The notes beneath the pieces were generated by a model. The model ran no database searches, was not told where the DNA came from, and worked only from the letters and a program-made list of their open reading frames with translations. A stretch of 64,000 bases of DNA, from the NCBI GenBank assembly GCA_026025795.1, contig JAPEUG010000031.1:1-64000 (forward strand), written 5' to 3'. This stretch comes from Thelocarpon superellum. Taxonomy: Eukaryota. The translations under genes and the position numbers were made by a program. Of this stretch, positions 23,741-35,397 are shown one piece after another (the first letter of the stretch is position 1; every line of letters begins with the position of its first letter).

Positions 23741-23803
23741 TTAGGCCGGCTCCATCTGCACGATCGTCGATCAAAGCTCGCCAAAGGCCGGGTTGGGGAT
23801 CAT
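23741..23803 (-). promoter_or_regulatory. Two candidate micro-uORFs upstream of stuA: MIPNPAFGEL* (23803-23771) and MEPA* (23755-23741)
   Basis: They start at the first two minus-strand ATGs upstream of the stuA start, after an 850-nt ATG-free stretch. Whether they lie in the transcript is not shown by sequence. Confidence 0.4.
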
Positions 23804-26800
23804 CAAGTGCCGAGGGTCGTCGACGGGCGTAGGAGGATCCGAGGGACGTGAAGTGCGGAACGTCGTAAGGCTCGTGGCAATTCGTGGAGACAGTGACTGA
23901 ACGTGACGGGCGCAGGAGCAGGGCGCACGACGATAGCGACGGCGACGATACAATGGAGGGGAAGATTGAGACGAGATGGGATTGGGGGGCAACGGAGGGA
24001 TAGGGTATCACGACAAAGTCGGAAGGATGTTGAGCTGTCGGGGAGATATGACGGACCGTCCCACCATGCCTCGGGACGACGGGGTGACAATTGAAGGGGC
24101 CGGGTAAAACCACGTCGGGCGGAGGGGTATGGATTGGGGGGAGGGAGGGGGTGGGTAGAAGAGAGTGAGAGAGAGAGGGTGGGAGGGTAGGTGAGGACGT
24201 GAGTGCCGCCAGTGGCAGAGGAAAGAGGCACTGTGGTAGAGGAAGAGGCTGGGATGTGTTGGTGCTTGGTGCTGCTGCTGCTGGAACTGGTGCCGGCGCT
24301 GTCTCGCTCGGTCGTCTGGCTCTCGGCGAGTGCTGGGTTGCTGCTCGCTGGGCTGCTCTTCGCCGTGCTGGTCGCCTACGGGGTGGACGGTGCTAGCGCG
24401 AAAACCGGACGGGCGGCGCGAAAACAAGCGATCGTTGCCGGCCACCAGTAGTAACTGAAAGTGCTGCGACTGCTGGAGCCCAGGACCAAGGGACCAACGA
24501 CCAGACGAGTACGGATGACCCTCGTCTTCGTCCTCGTCCCTCGTACGGGGGAATGGGACTCGTGCCCGTCGTGCGCTCTCTCGCGCTCGCCGTCGCGGTG
24601 CCCCCTACGATCAATATTCCCCTCCAAGCTCAAGTCAGACCCCGTGGATCGGGGCCGAAGGAGGTTGGTTTCGCTTGATCGTCGGTCAAACACGGATGTC
24701 TCCGTCGCTCGGGTGGGGCGCGCTCGCCTGCCCGCGACTCAAACGTCAATGCCCTTCGCTCGAGGACCGGCCGTCCGCGCTTCGGCGGAGCTGGATCGGT
24801 CGTCGTCGGGCAACGGGGAGTGCCTCGCGCTCGTCCGCTCCCCACGGCGTTCAAGCGCTTAGAGTGCAGCGGCAGGGTTCGGTCTGGGCCAGGCACGGTC
24901 GGTCGCGGCGGCGGCGAAGGCGGCGGCGGTCGACGGGAGGCCTTCAGATGCAGCGGCGAGAGCTCGGGTGTGTGGTTCGGCCTCTGCTCGGGGGCTGCAC
25001 GACGCTGCACGGCGGGAGGCTGGCAGATACGCAGTAGATATGTATACGGGAAGCTCGGTCGAGCTAGTGGAGGAGACAGGCCCACGGGCGAGCCAGCAAG
25101 CGCGCACCACCACTACAACGCGGGTCGGGGCGAGTGGCAGGGACCCTGTCGGTAAGATAGCCAAATTTACGTGGCGACGAGGCCCGAGTAGCGAGACGAG
25201 CCGACGAACGACCGTCCTCACTACGAGAGGGAAGGACGAGAGGGAGAGAGAGCGCGCGCTCGCGCGATGCTGCTCCCGTGGTCCTTGGGTTCTCGCCAGC
25301 AACTCACCCACCCCCCTTCCCAGCCCGGCAGCCTTCGAGCTCCGACGGAATGATCCCGAACTAAGACATGGAGGGGTCGAGCGCCTCTCGCGACCTGCCG
25401 GCCACGGATGGGCCACGGATGGGCCACGGCCAATCCTTTGCGGCTTATCGTACCAGCGTCTCCGCATCACGGACCATCATCATCCATCCAGCAAGCGCGA
25501 AGGTAAACTCCCGATCACAGAAGCAGGCTGGTCGGCATGTCCGTACTTGGCGTTCGCACAGCGCGTCTCTCCACACGTCGCCATGGCCGGCGGTGACCGA
25601 ACCATGGGCCAGGGTAGACGCGTGGATCGACTTGCTGCTGGGCTGCAGAAGAGTAATGCAAGCTTGATTGGTGTTGGACGCACGGAAGCGAGCGCCAGCA
25701 GCCAAAGAAGCTGGTCCCTTCTCCCCCCCCTTCCCTTCTCCCGTAGCTCGCCAACGCCAACAAGGCGCGCACCCTTACGGGCACCTGGGTCGCGGCGCGG
25801 CGACGCCAGGGAGATCTACAGCGCAGCGGAAGTGCTCCGAGGCACCGCACCAAGAGCGCGATCCTCCACGTCCACGTTGACGCTCCCGGCGCAATGTACC
25901 AGTAGGCGGCAGTGATGCAAAGAATCTTGCAGCACAAGTGCCAGCCCCATACCCGGCCCCCCGTCTCTCCCGTCTATCATGTTCTCCTCCTGCTCATGGA
26001 GCTCTCCTCCTCTTCCCCCTTCATGATCGGCGCGTGGACCCGTCCCTCCGGCGCTGCCGGCACTGTTAGACGGATCGGAACCGCGCTCTGGTCGAACGGC
26101 CCCTAGACCCCGAGACGGACCTAGACGGGCGGGGGCCGCCCGACCTCCACCCGGCTGCCGTCATCTAGCGTGGCGGACTGTCATGCTCGTCCTCGGCCCT
26201 GTCCCTGTAAGCAATGCGCGAGCAACGGCAACACGCCAAGCCAGGTGCCTCGTTCATCGCGGTGCGCGACTACGACCTAGGTAGTCTAGCAAGCTGTGGC
26301 GTCCTCCGTAGTCCACGACCGAATCGACCGGATAAACATGAGCCAGGCAGAGGGCGACCGAGAATGCCTTGCGTTGTGCTCGGTACGTTTCTCGTGGTTA
26401 CTCGGTAGGTCTTGTGTCAAAAGCGACCACCTCGACGACGTGACTGTGTGCGCTAGGGAGCTTGGACGGATGGTACGAGTAGGCTCGAGTACATGTCCCC
26501 ATAGACGAGACCCTTGTCCAAATCTCCAACAGATTGAAGGGTCATGGGGGCAGGTCCCAGGGGACCGGCTCATCAACTGGCCCAAGATGCGAGTAGTCCC
26601 ACAAGGGCACGCAGGAGAGCGCCGGGCGCGGAGGGGGGGGCGGCCCCAGGAGATCGGGGAGAGAGCTCGGTGGCCGCGGACGAGCGACGCAAGCTCGGCG
26701 ATGCCAAAGTCTCGTGGGCTTCTAGCCGACCGGACCGCCACGTGAGACCGCGCCGAAGAGTCCTCGTGAGCGCCTTGGTCCGGGCAGGACGAGACCCTCT

Positions 26801-29800
26801 CCTTCCACATCGTCTTGGGACGAGGGTGATCCTCCGTAGCGGGCCGACATGGCGGCGGCGAGATGCACCCGGGAAGATAGGCTGGAAAGCTGGATGGCTG
26901 GCGGGCTCCGAGGGCGTAATGTCGTGCGTCGCACAACCCCGGGGTCAGGCACCCGTAGAGGAAGCCGAGTCATCGGCGCGTCATCGTATCGCCGAGCTAT
27001 GCTCAAGGCCCCAACCAGGTTCGCACTCGAACCGACAGCTGATCCGCACCCCTCGTCCGGTCGGAGGCGACGCTGCTGCCTTCGCGAGCGACCGCGCCGT
27101 CAACCCACGAGCGCTGACTACGACCGAAGAGGTGCCCTCGTCCAACAGGGTTCGCGGAAGGATCGGAGGAGTGGTGTGTGGGAGCGCTACGGTGGGGTCC
27201 AGCTCGACGCTGATAGGATGAGCGGGGGTCGGCGGGCGGGGGAGGGATGCGCTGGCAAACTCCACTTTTCCCCACGATTCACCTTAGGAAGAAAGTCGGA
27301 GCGAACGGCGACTGCCACGGACGCGCGCACACGCAACGCGCCCACACCGCGCCCATCATCGATAGCCCCCCTCCCTACCCTAAGTCCAGCCTGAATCGAA
27401 AGACGAGCAGTGTCGGGTGAGCCCTCGCCAGCCGATGGAGGGTGGCAGGCACCCTTCATCGTCTCCGCACCCGAGCTGGCTCGGTCGCTTGACCGGTGGT
27501 GGGACCGCTTGGTGGCTGGAGTTCGGGCGCGTACGAAAGCATGGCTGGAACAGGCAGGAGGCGCGCCATGCTTCCCGATCTCGTACGAGGACCACGACCA
27601 CGGCCATACGATCAATGGCCACCTTTACTGAGAGCATCGCTGCCAACTCCTGTCGCTCACGAGGGCGCGCTTCGGGCCCAAAGGGTGTGCGATCAGGTAA
27701 ATTGGTGGTGGGGCGCGGCGCGCAGCTGAGCCGATAGGGCGACGAGCAACGACGAGCGGTGGCTGGGGTAACATAGGCGCCTTCCTGCGCACCATCGGTT
27801 TCCCACTTCCCGCCGCCGACGGTGGAGCGTCGTTCCTTACCACGGTTCAGATCGTAGACCAGCGTTCGACTAACTCCGTCAACGCCCAGTTCTAATCCTG
27901 ACTGGCTGGCTCCAGTCGGGTGCGTTAGGTAATGGCTAGGTTGAGCATGGGGGTGATCCAAGTTTCTCGAGCGCCGATCACCAGGCGTACGAGTAGCGAC
28001 AGTGCTGAAGCTGAATCCCCCCGTCAAGGTCGAGATGCCACCTCACCGACCATGGCCAGGTAGACGAGACCATGGTCGTGACGAGCTCTCGGTTCGGGAC
28101 GCCAAGCGCAGCGACCGAGCGAGCCTCGTCAATTTTCCTGCCCTTGCATGGACGAGCACGACGCCCGCTCGGTCACCCGCAAGCGAATGCAGCGGTCGGT
28201 TAAACTCGCATGGCGTCGCCGCCGCCGCCGCCGCCGCCATGGCCCTCGTCGGCCAAGCGATCGCCACGGGCTGGATGATCGTCCTGGGTACACCATGCTC
28301 ATGGTGGCTTACCGCTCGGCAGATGCTGCACTGACTTTTCGTCGTCCTCGAAACATGAAACAATCTCGAGTCGTGGCTCGACCGGGGCCGATGCGGCCGC
28401 GAGCTACTGAACTGATCAAGAGGGTCGGGCAGGAGGACGCCATGTCTCAGGACGGAGCTTTCGTCCAAGTGTGCAAGTAAGGGGGAGGTTCAAAAGGGGG
28501 ATGTCCCTTGCGGCCCTTTCTCGTTGTCTTTGGTCCTCTTCGGTGCAGATATCACGCAATTAGCACGCCTTTCTATCCCACTAGCGTCCGATGGGAAAGC
28601 ATGTCGCGCCCTTGACCCCCGGCCCCCCATGTCAGCTGCAGCGTGCGACGGGCAATCATGACGAGCCAGGCGAGATCAAAATCGACCGACGTGGACGGCA
28701 CTGACATGGCGTCTGTTCCTTTGACATTCGAGAAGCCAACTCGTCTGCCCCGCTCCCCCCGACGCGCGGGGACGGAGACGACGTGGCAGGGTGATGCGAT
28801 CCCATGCCACCTGACCTCGGCCTCCCCCTTCATTTCCGGCAGCCCATCGCCTTCCATTGCCGACGAGGAGAGGGAGATGGACAGGCGAGACGAAGGGTCC
28901 GGCGAAGCGACCTGCGAACGGACCACCGGCTGCGACCACGAGAACGAGTACCGGCAGGCAGTTGGGCGCGTCTGGGACACACCTCGGCCTCGTGGTCGGT
29001 CGGGGTGTCAAAAAAGAAGTCGGTCAACTTGAGGAGCGGTGAAGACGGGGTCTGGCTCAATCGCTGTGACGATCAAAGCTCCAGTCCTCGGATGGTGGAC
29101 GACGGCACTGGCACGACGGTGAGTCGTTGAGAAGGGCCAAGCCTAACATTGCCACCTCGACCGTGGCGCACAGAAGCGACGTGCAAGAGGTTTCTGGCAA
29201 GGCTACTAGAAGGTCTGGTGCCGTCTGAACCTTGCCCGTGCATATGCAATCGCGGGTGGTGGCAGCTGAGACAGTCCACCCCAAGGCGCGCGCCATACGG
29301 GTACGGAGGACCCGTACCAAGCAGCTAGGTCTTGCTGGTGGGGGCTTGTTGCGTGGCTAGGCTTGGGGCTCCAAGTATGTTACAGACCGCGAGTCGCCCG
29401 CATGAGCGAGAGTACGAGTGCCCGTGCCCACTCGCAAACTCGCCGTGAGTACCGTGCAGAGGAGGATCTGGCCTAGCAAGCTCCCGTCGCACACGGCACG
29501 CCCGACCAGGACCTCTATGGCGCCATCTCCCACTGTGCCGGGGAGGGCGGCGCACGACCGCCGAACACGGGACGCAGGACCCCGCGACAGCGAGCAGTAA
29601 TACGGTTGTACCGTCATCCTTCCACTCAGGCTCTACGAGGACCCATCCTTTCGCTCTCCTCGCGACGGTCTCTGTGGAGGATGTTCTAGTCGTAAGCCTT
29701 GCGCGAAGCGTTTCACCAGCAAGAAAGGGAGCCAGCCCAAGGCGAGCGCGGTCGGCGCGGGTGGAGGTGGCGGTGGCGGGGATCGGTTGGGACCCCAACC

Positions 29801-32389
29801 CACGAGATGCCTCTCACCGACGACGAGGTTCCTGGGTCACGGGGCAACGTCGACCGAGGTACTGTCTTACTCGTTACCGTTGCTCATAACTTACCAAGGA
29901 CTGGTGTTGTCCTCAAGATGACGGAACGACGTCAAGGTCCCTCCGGCGGCCGGTACGGCAGCTTCCAATCACCGTCGACCACGTCGTGAGCGGCGGGTCA
30001 CCGGGAGGGCGAGGGTGGGACTTGTTATCGTGCCATTGACGAGTGACGTCGGCCGGGGGCGCACGGAAGCTAGAAGCGAGGGAGGGGGGCAGGGCACGAT
30101 GCCCACGACATCCGATCACCGCCGATCGTAGGTGGAGGACCGGGAGGCAGGGCTGGGACTGGCGATTCCTCGGACTGTGGTACTCCCATCTGAGCGTGGG
30201 TGGGCGGCGCGACGCACGATGATTGCTCGACAGCCAAGCGGTCGGGACCAGATTGTGAATCAGCCTGGAGGGAGCTGAAGGGGGCCTTGGCCACGCCACC
30301 CCCAATAAGCCAACACCACGCCGGCGGTGGTCTGGATATGGAGGGAGGGTGACGCCCGTCACTGGCTCGCGCCGCGAAACCCCACCGTTGCTCGTCTTAG
30401 CTCGCGCGACGGCGGGATCACGTTGACAACGCCCGCGCCAACGCGACCGTGGACCGGACCTTTTTTTTTGGAAAAATCGCTGGCCGCTGGTCGCTGGCCA
30501 TCGGCTGTTGCCTCCAGCGTCATGGTGACGGGCAGTCCCTGTGCGGCCGGCAAGATCGACCGCTTTTGCAGGACGATGGCACTAGGATGCGAGGGCGCGG
30601 ACGAGGGGCTTGCTCTCTGCGTCGTGGCCGGCCAAGCCCTTCACCGCTACTCTAAATATACGAAAGGCTAGTCGTGTCCCTTCTGTTCACGGAGGCAGTC
30701 TCGGTGGCAGTTGAGGTCGGGCTTGCCGGCGCGCACGCCTCGCCAATTCCCAGCACCCTGTCTTCCCGTCGCGAGAACTGGTACTCGTCCTTGTTGTAGG
30801 GACGCCATGGGCCCCGCGTTAGCGGCCGCCGGTCGGTAAAGAAGGACCAGAGGGTCTCCTGGCGTGGGCACGCTCGGGATGTCTGCTGGTACGGGCCCGC
30901 GCGACGGGGGCCGGAGGGCGAGGGAGGACGGGCTTCGTGGCGGGCAGGCACTCGTGGATGGTGAGAACAGGGGTAGTGGACGGGTGCCTCGTCCCCTGTC
31001 CCTTGTCCCTCGTCCCTTGTCCAGCATGGTGGGGCAAGACCTTCGATTGACGCGCTTACTTGTGGCCAGCACTACTCTCAACGAAGGGCGATGACAAGTC
31101 CGGGACGGAACGCCATCACGGCACTTAGTCATTTGGTCCTGGTACCGCCGAGCAACGAATGGTCAACAAATGGGGAGCGAAAGGTGGTGGAGCGGACTCC
31201 TGTTTTGAAAAGCGAGCCGCCAGCCTCCCACCCAAACTTCTTTTCGCATCCCCCAATGGCCCCCTCCCGATCATCCGGGCGCCGGCGGGGACTAGGGGCG
31301 GTAGGACGAATGTCGTACGAAGTACCAGTTTCACGCATGCCTAGTGGTGGCTGCACGACAGGTCGACCGTCGTCGGTCGCTGGCCACGAGCCCCCAGTCG
31401 TGTGGATTCGGGCCTGGCGAGCGATGTTTCCGACTGACTTTGATGCTCTGGATTGGTCGAGGGCGGAATGCCGCTATCAGCCCGAAGGTTGCTCATGATC
31501 AAGGGCGAAACATCCTCGAGCCCCCAACGATGCCTCATCAGGCAACTGTAGCCGCATTTCGTCGATGGTGAAATCGCAGGGAGATGAAGTTGGACTGGTA
31601 TGATGGGGGGTAGGAGTGTTGTGCGGCGGTCCTTCAGCTCGCAAAGGCTCCGGTGAGGCACGGTACCGACGTCGGACTTGGTGAGGTTCCCGTGTCTCCC
31701 CGTCATCGGCCCATGGCAATTGCAGTCTTCCACCACCGAGGTGTAACAGCATGAGACAGGCGACTTACGCACTGGTACGCGTACGCGTACAGGCTGGGTA
31801 AGGAAAAAATACTATGAGAAGTCTCCGCACCGATTTCTCTGATTATTACAGTGTTAGGGAGGATGGAGGGGCGGTGAGGGGCCTCAAACGATCGCCGACT
31901 TCGCGGCGGCCGCCGAGCAGCTGCGACCTGCACGAGGATCTGAGTGGGCTAGGCGCTGTAGAAGCACGACATACGTACATACATACACGATTTGGTACCA
32001 TGCACCATCCAATTTATGTACATGACTGGTACCATGCGACTTACGACAAGGACTCAGTCCAACACACATGGTGTGTACCGTTGTAGTTGATGAAGGGGAA
32101 GTGGGAGGGGCCAATGCGACACAGCGTTCGCGCCCCGCCTCGCATCCATTCATGTTGGCCTTACGGCTATCGGCGTATACATGCATAGCTTACTATTACG
32201 TATCAAGGTAAGCAAGTGTGACGACGAGGCCTACAGCTAGGCGGAAACAGTAGACGTCGTCAATGGAGTTGACTCTGCTGCTCCTAGGGCTCATAGACCT
32301 ATGACTAGCCTCCTTGTGTTACTACTCAAGTTGAATGCTGGAGCTCTGCTAGCTCGCAGCGGGACTTGGTTTACATACCGCGTGTCAGG

Positions 32390-32432
32390 TCATGTGCCAT
32401 ATCATGTGACCATCATGTGTCTATCACGTGAC
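32390..32432. promoter_or_regulatory. Phased array of four E-box-like TCAYGTG motifs
   Basis: CAYGTG cores at 32391, 32403, 32414 and 32425 (spacing 12/11/11). Confidence 0.35.
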
Positions 32433-32988
32433 CTGTCCTATCCTCGTGGCGAGGCGTGGAGCTCCCGGCCTCACACTACATGTACTGAGGAGAGAGAGCG
32501 CGCACATGTGGATTCCATCACATCTCCAAGAGTGGACCATACCAGGCTGGTAGTAAAGGATGCAGTCAACCTTTTGCACCATGTGAACATATGGCTGCAT
32601 TCACATGAATTTCTTGTGTAGGAAAGAGACAGGCACGACAACAGCATGACACACAGGTCTGATACGACAAAAGTGGGCTTAGGAGTTTCACAACCAACGC
32701 ATGGCTGGCTGGCTGGCTGGTATCGACAAAAGCAGGAAATCCAATGCATTCTACATACGTTACAAAACCAAACAACTGTCTAGTCTGCCTGCCTGACTTC
32801 TTTGTTCTTCTCTCCACCTGACTCAAATCCTGCCTGCCGACCTATATCCTCGGGCCCGGCATGCAGGTGCCAGGTTGTTTCTTCTCCAAAGGGAGAAATG
32901 AGAGACAGGGACAATCGGGGAACTTGAAAAAGACAAGGAACAATCACAGTGGCGAGAGTCAAGAGTCACGCAGTAGCGAGCTTGTGGA

Positions 32989-33761
32989 TCAAGCGCGTTG
33001 GACTCCCACGATCTCGCAGTCAGGTTCAAGATTGGCTTGTGCCGGAGCGTATTTGAGAGAGAAGCTGGTGTTCACAAGGGTCGGACTACAAGCTATTGTT
33101 GCCGATCATGAGTCAGCCAGGGGCTCTTTGAGCGACAACAACGAATAAGGCGAGTACTCGTCGTTAAGTCACTGTGCAAAGAGGGGAAAGGAGAAGAAGA
33201 AACGTACCTATGAAGGCAGCGCCGTCATCTAGAGTTGCAACAGTGCCATCGAAGGTGATCTTAGCGAGAGAGGAGGTATCACCGTAAAGTTCGAAATCGG
33301 GGGCGCCTGGACCGTTCGATTTCCCAAAGGAAACAGCCTCGTGTATGTAGTCCGTTGTAGGGTCCGGACCATAGATGGAGCTGATGAGAAAGTGTTCTGT
33401 ACTGTTATAGGTGTAAGAGTCCGTTTTGGCCCAGCCAGTTGCTGCATCGGTGAAATTTGCCGGCCGGTCAACCAATACTGCGACATAATAACCGCCCTCA
33501 TCCTCCTCGGTCATGCGGAAAGCCACTAGAATGGCCCATGTCAGTCCACAACTGTTTCCATAGACAGGAAGACGTTCACTTACCATATTTTCCACTATTT
33601 TTCACGCTGCCTTGTGCTGTGATGAGATGGAAAGGGCCCTGATCGCCGACAGTGAGAGGGGCAAATGGTGGAGCTGGATGCACCTGTGGAGCATTCTGCG
33701 GAGCAGCGCTCGCGACAGTGGCGCAGATCGCGAGGAACGCTACTTGATGTAGGTGGACCAT
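32989..33761 (-). CDS. Small secreted protein, 199 aa, two Cys near the C-terminus. Exons 33761-33584, 33525-33208, 33092-32989
   Basis: Signal peptide MVHLHQVAFLAICATVASA-AP. Introns GTAAGT..CTGAC..TAG and GTACGT..GCTGAC..TAG give a phase-consistent 600-nt CDS. N-glycosylation sequons NFT, NST, NTS. Confidence 0.8.
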
Positions 33762-34184
33762 CTTGACTATGTGTGGGCGATGGGTTAAGTGCGAGCAGAG
33801 AATTCGTGACTGACAGTAGTCTGTGGAGTGAAAGGAAGATTGTGTGAAGAAAAGGAGGAGATCGAGGCGTGTGTGGGTAAGGATGGCTGGGATATCAATG
33901 AGATGTTGTATAGGGAGCAAGTAACAGGCATCTGAGCCCCCAACTCCAAAGATCGCTCGAGCAATGCTCTGAGAAAGGAAGGCAACAGGCGGGCGACTGC
34001 AGAAGCATTAATCATGGAGAAGTATTTTAAAACAAGCTGAAGGATCTCTGCAGGAATCGCATTGACTTGTCTGTCTCGCTCCTTGTACAGACTGCGTACC
34101 ATATCGAGTTAGAGCATTGTCTGTTTCGGTGAGAAACAAGCGACTGAAACCAAAGGGTTGTACTTATGCGCAAGCCTTGGCCAG

Positions 34185-34260
34185 GCATTTCAGCATGAGC
34201 CTAGAGAGCATTTCAACACGTGCATTTCAACATGCGCCTTTCAACACGCGCATTGACACA
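34185..34260. repeat. Degenerate 14-bp tandem repeat (GCATTTCAACAYGY-like, 3 tandem units plus a separated upstream copy and a partial downstream copy)
   Basis: Tandem units at 34208, 34222 and 34236; diverged copy at 34185; partial copy at 34250. Confidence 0.8.
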
Positions 34261-34609
34261 GGTGAAGAGAAGTTGAATGAAAAAATCCTTCAATTACCAG
34301 CTGTCTGCGTCAATTATGCCAGGCAACAAACTTTGCTTTGGACTAGATGTCAGGACCCTGTAGGAGGGCAGGGGGCAGGTGAGGGCGTAGGATCATATTC
34401 ACATACTCCAGGGGACTCGACAGGCGCATCGGGAACCAGTCGAGGACCCGCAACCACGTGCTGGTTACGTGCTCGTCACGTGGGTCTAGGGTGCGAGATC
34501 CCTGCCTCGCCAAGCAAGCTGAGAGGGGACTTCTCAGCCAACCCTATCACCCTCTTCGGGGTGCCGGATCTATCATGACAGACCTGTTGCGCAGGGGGTA
34601 TACAGCGAA

Positions 34610-34894
34610 TAGATAGTGTTAGGCTAGCTGTTGAAACTGGTTGGGCTTCCCCATAGTAATAACCCTTAATGCGGCATTCCCCGTCCTGCGCCTTTTCAAC
34701 TGGTCGTCGTAGACTGTAGATTATGTCATCCTCCAATGGTGTGTGTTGCGCCGTGGGAAGACAGTGTAGATAGTATTCAAGGCTAGCTATTCAAACTCTG
34801 CTTAGGTCTCCCCATACGAATTATATGGGAACCGACAAAGTGGCATTTCCTGTTCCACCTTCCATGGCCAACTGCTGAATATGTCATCTTCCAA
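34610..34894. repeat. Diverged direct duplication, two ~127-bp copies about 157 bp apart
   Basis: Shared collinear blocks TAGATAGTRTT, AGGCTAGCTRTT.AAACT, CCCATA, GYGGCATTYCC and TATGTCATCYTCCAA at 34610-34736 and 34767-34894. Confidence 0.75.
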
Positions 34895-35076
34895 CAGACC
34901 CCGTGACAGGTGCCTTGGGGTCAAGACAGCGAGTGACCTAGACCCGATCGAGCTAGCCCCTCGGACCTCTCGCGGTGTCGAGACCTACAAACGCGGCGGG
35001 GTGTCCATCACAAGTTGGGGGTTAGAACACCTACGCTACGTTTCTGTCAGTTAGAAAACAACGGTTAAAGGCAAGA

Positions 35077-35397
35077 TCAGAAGTCGCTGACACAACCCCG
35101 TCGGGATGCTTGAACTGTTTTATACAGAGACTGTCCAGTGACACCGAACTTGGCGAAGAGAGTGTGTTCTGAGGCAAGGTAGAGGGATGGGCCATCCACC
35201 GGGACCTGGGCAGCAAGTGCCTAGGCTTGCTCTCTCGAGTAAGGCTGGGCTGCATGGATGAAGGCAGCTAAGAACTCCTTGACTTCATCCGGCCCTGCAT
35301 CGTAGGGTGGGGCAGGAGGTCGTGGTGGGCGTATTTCTGGCTCTGCTGGCGACAAGTCCGACCGCTCGAGTCTGTCGTTGTCTGTGGTTGAAGACAT
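35077..35397 (-). pseudogene. Probable pseudogene of a small SAM-like-domain protein with an in-frame TAG
   Basis: Strong start context GCCACCAAGATGT. Reads ...EVKEFLAAFIHAAQPYSREQA*ALAAQVPVDGPSLYLASEHTLFAKFGVTGQSLYKTVQ, with a continuous helical pattern across the TAG at 35223-35221. An intron-like segment follows (GTCAGC..CTAAC..AG). Confidence 0.55.

Noticed and set aside
24968..31772. Many 100-315-aa ORFs in the stuA upstream tract
   Set aside because: Overlapping on both strands, often non-ATG starts, no domain motifs, no codon bias and no consistent splice signals.
34470..34950. Short inverted match GGGTCTAGG / CCTAGACCC as possible MITE termini
   Set aside because: Only about 9 bp, with no target-site duplication evident.
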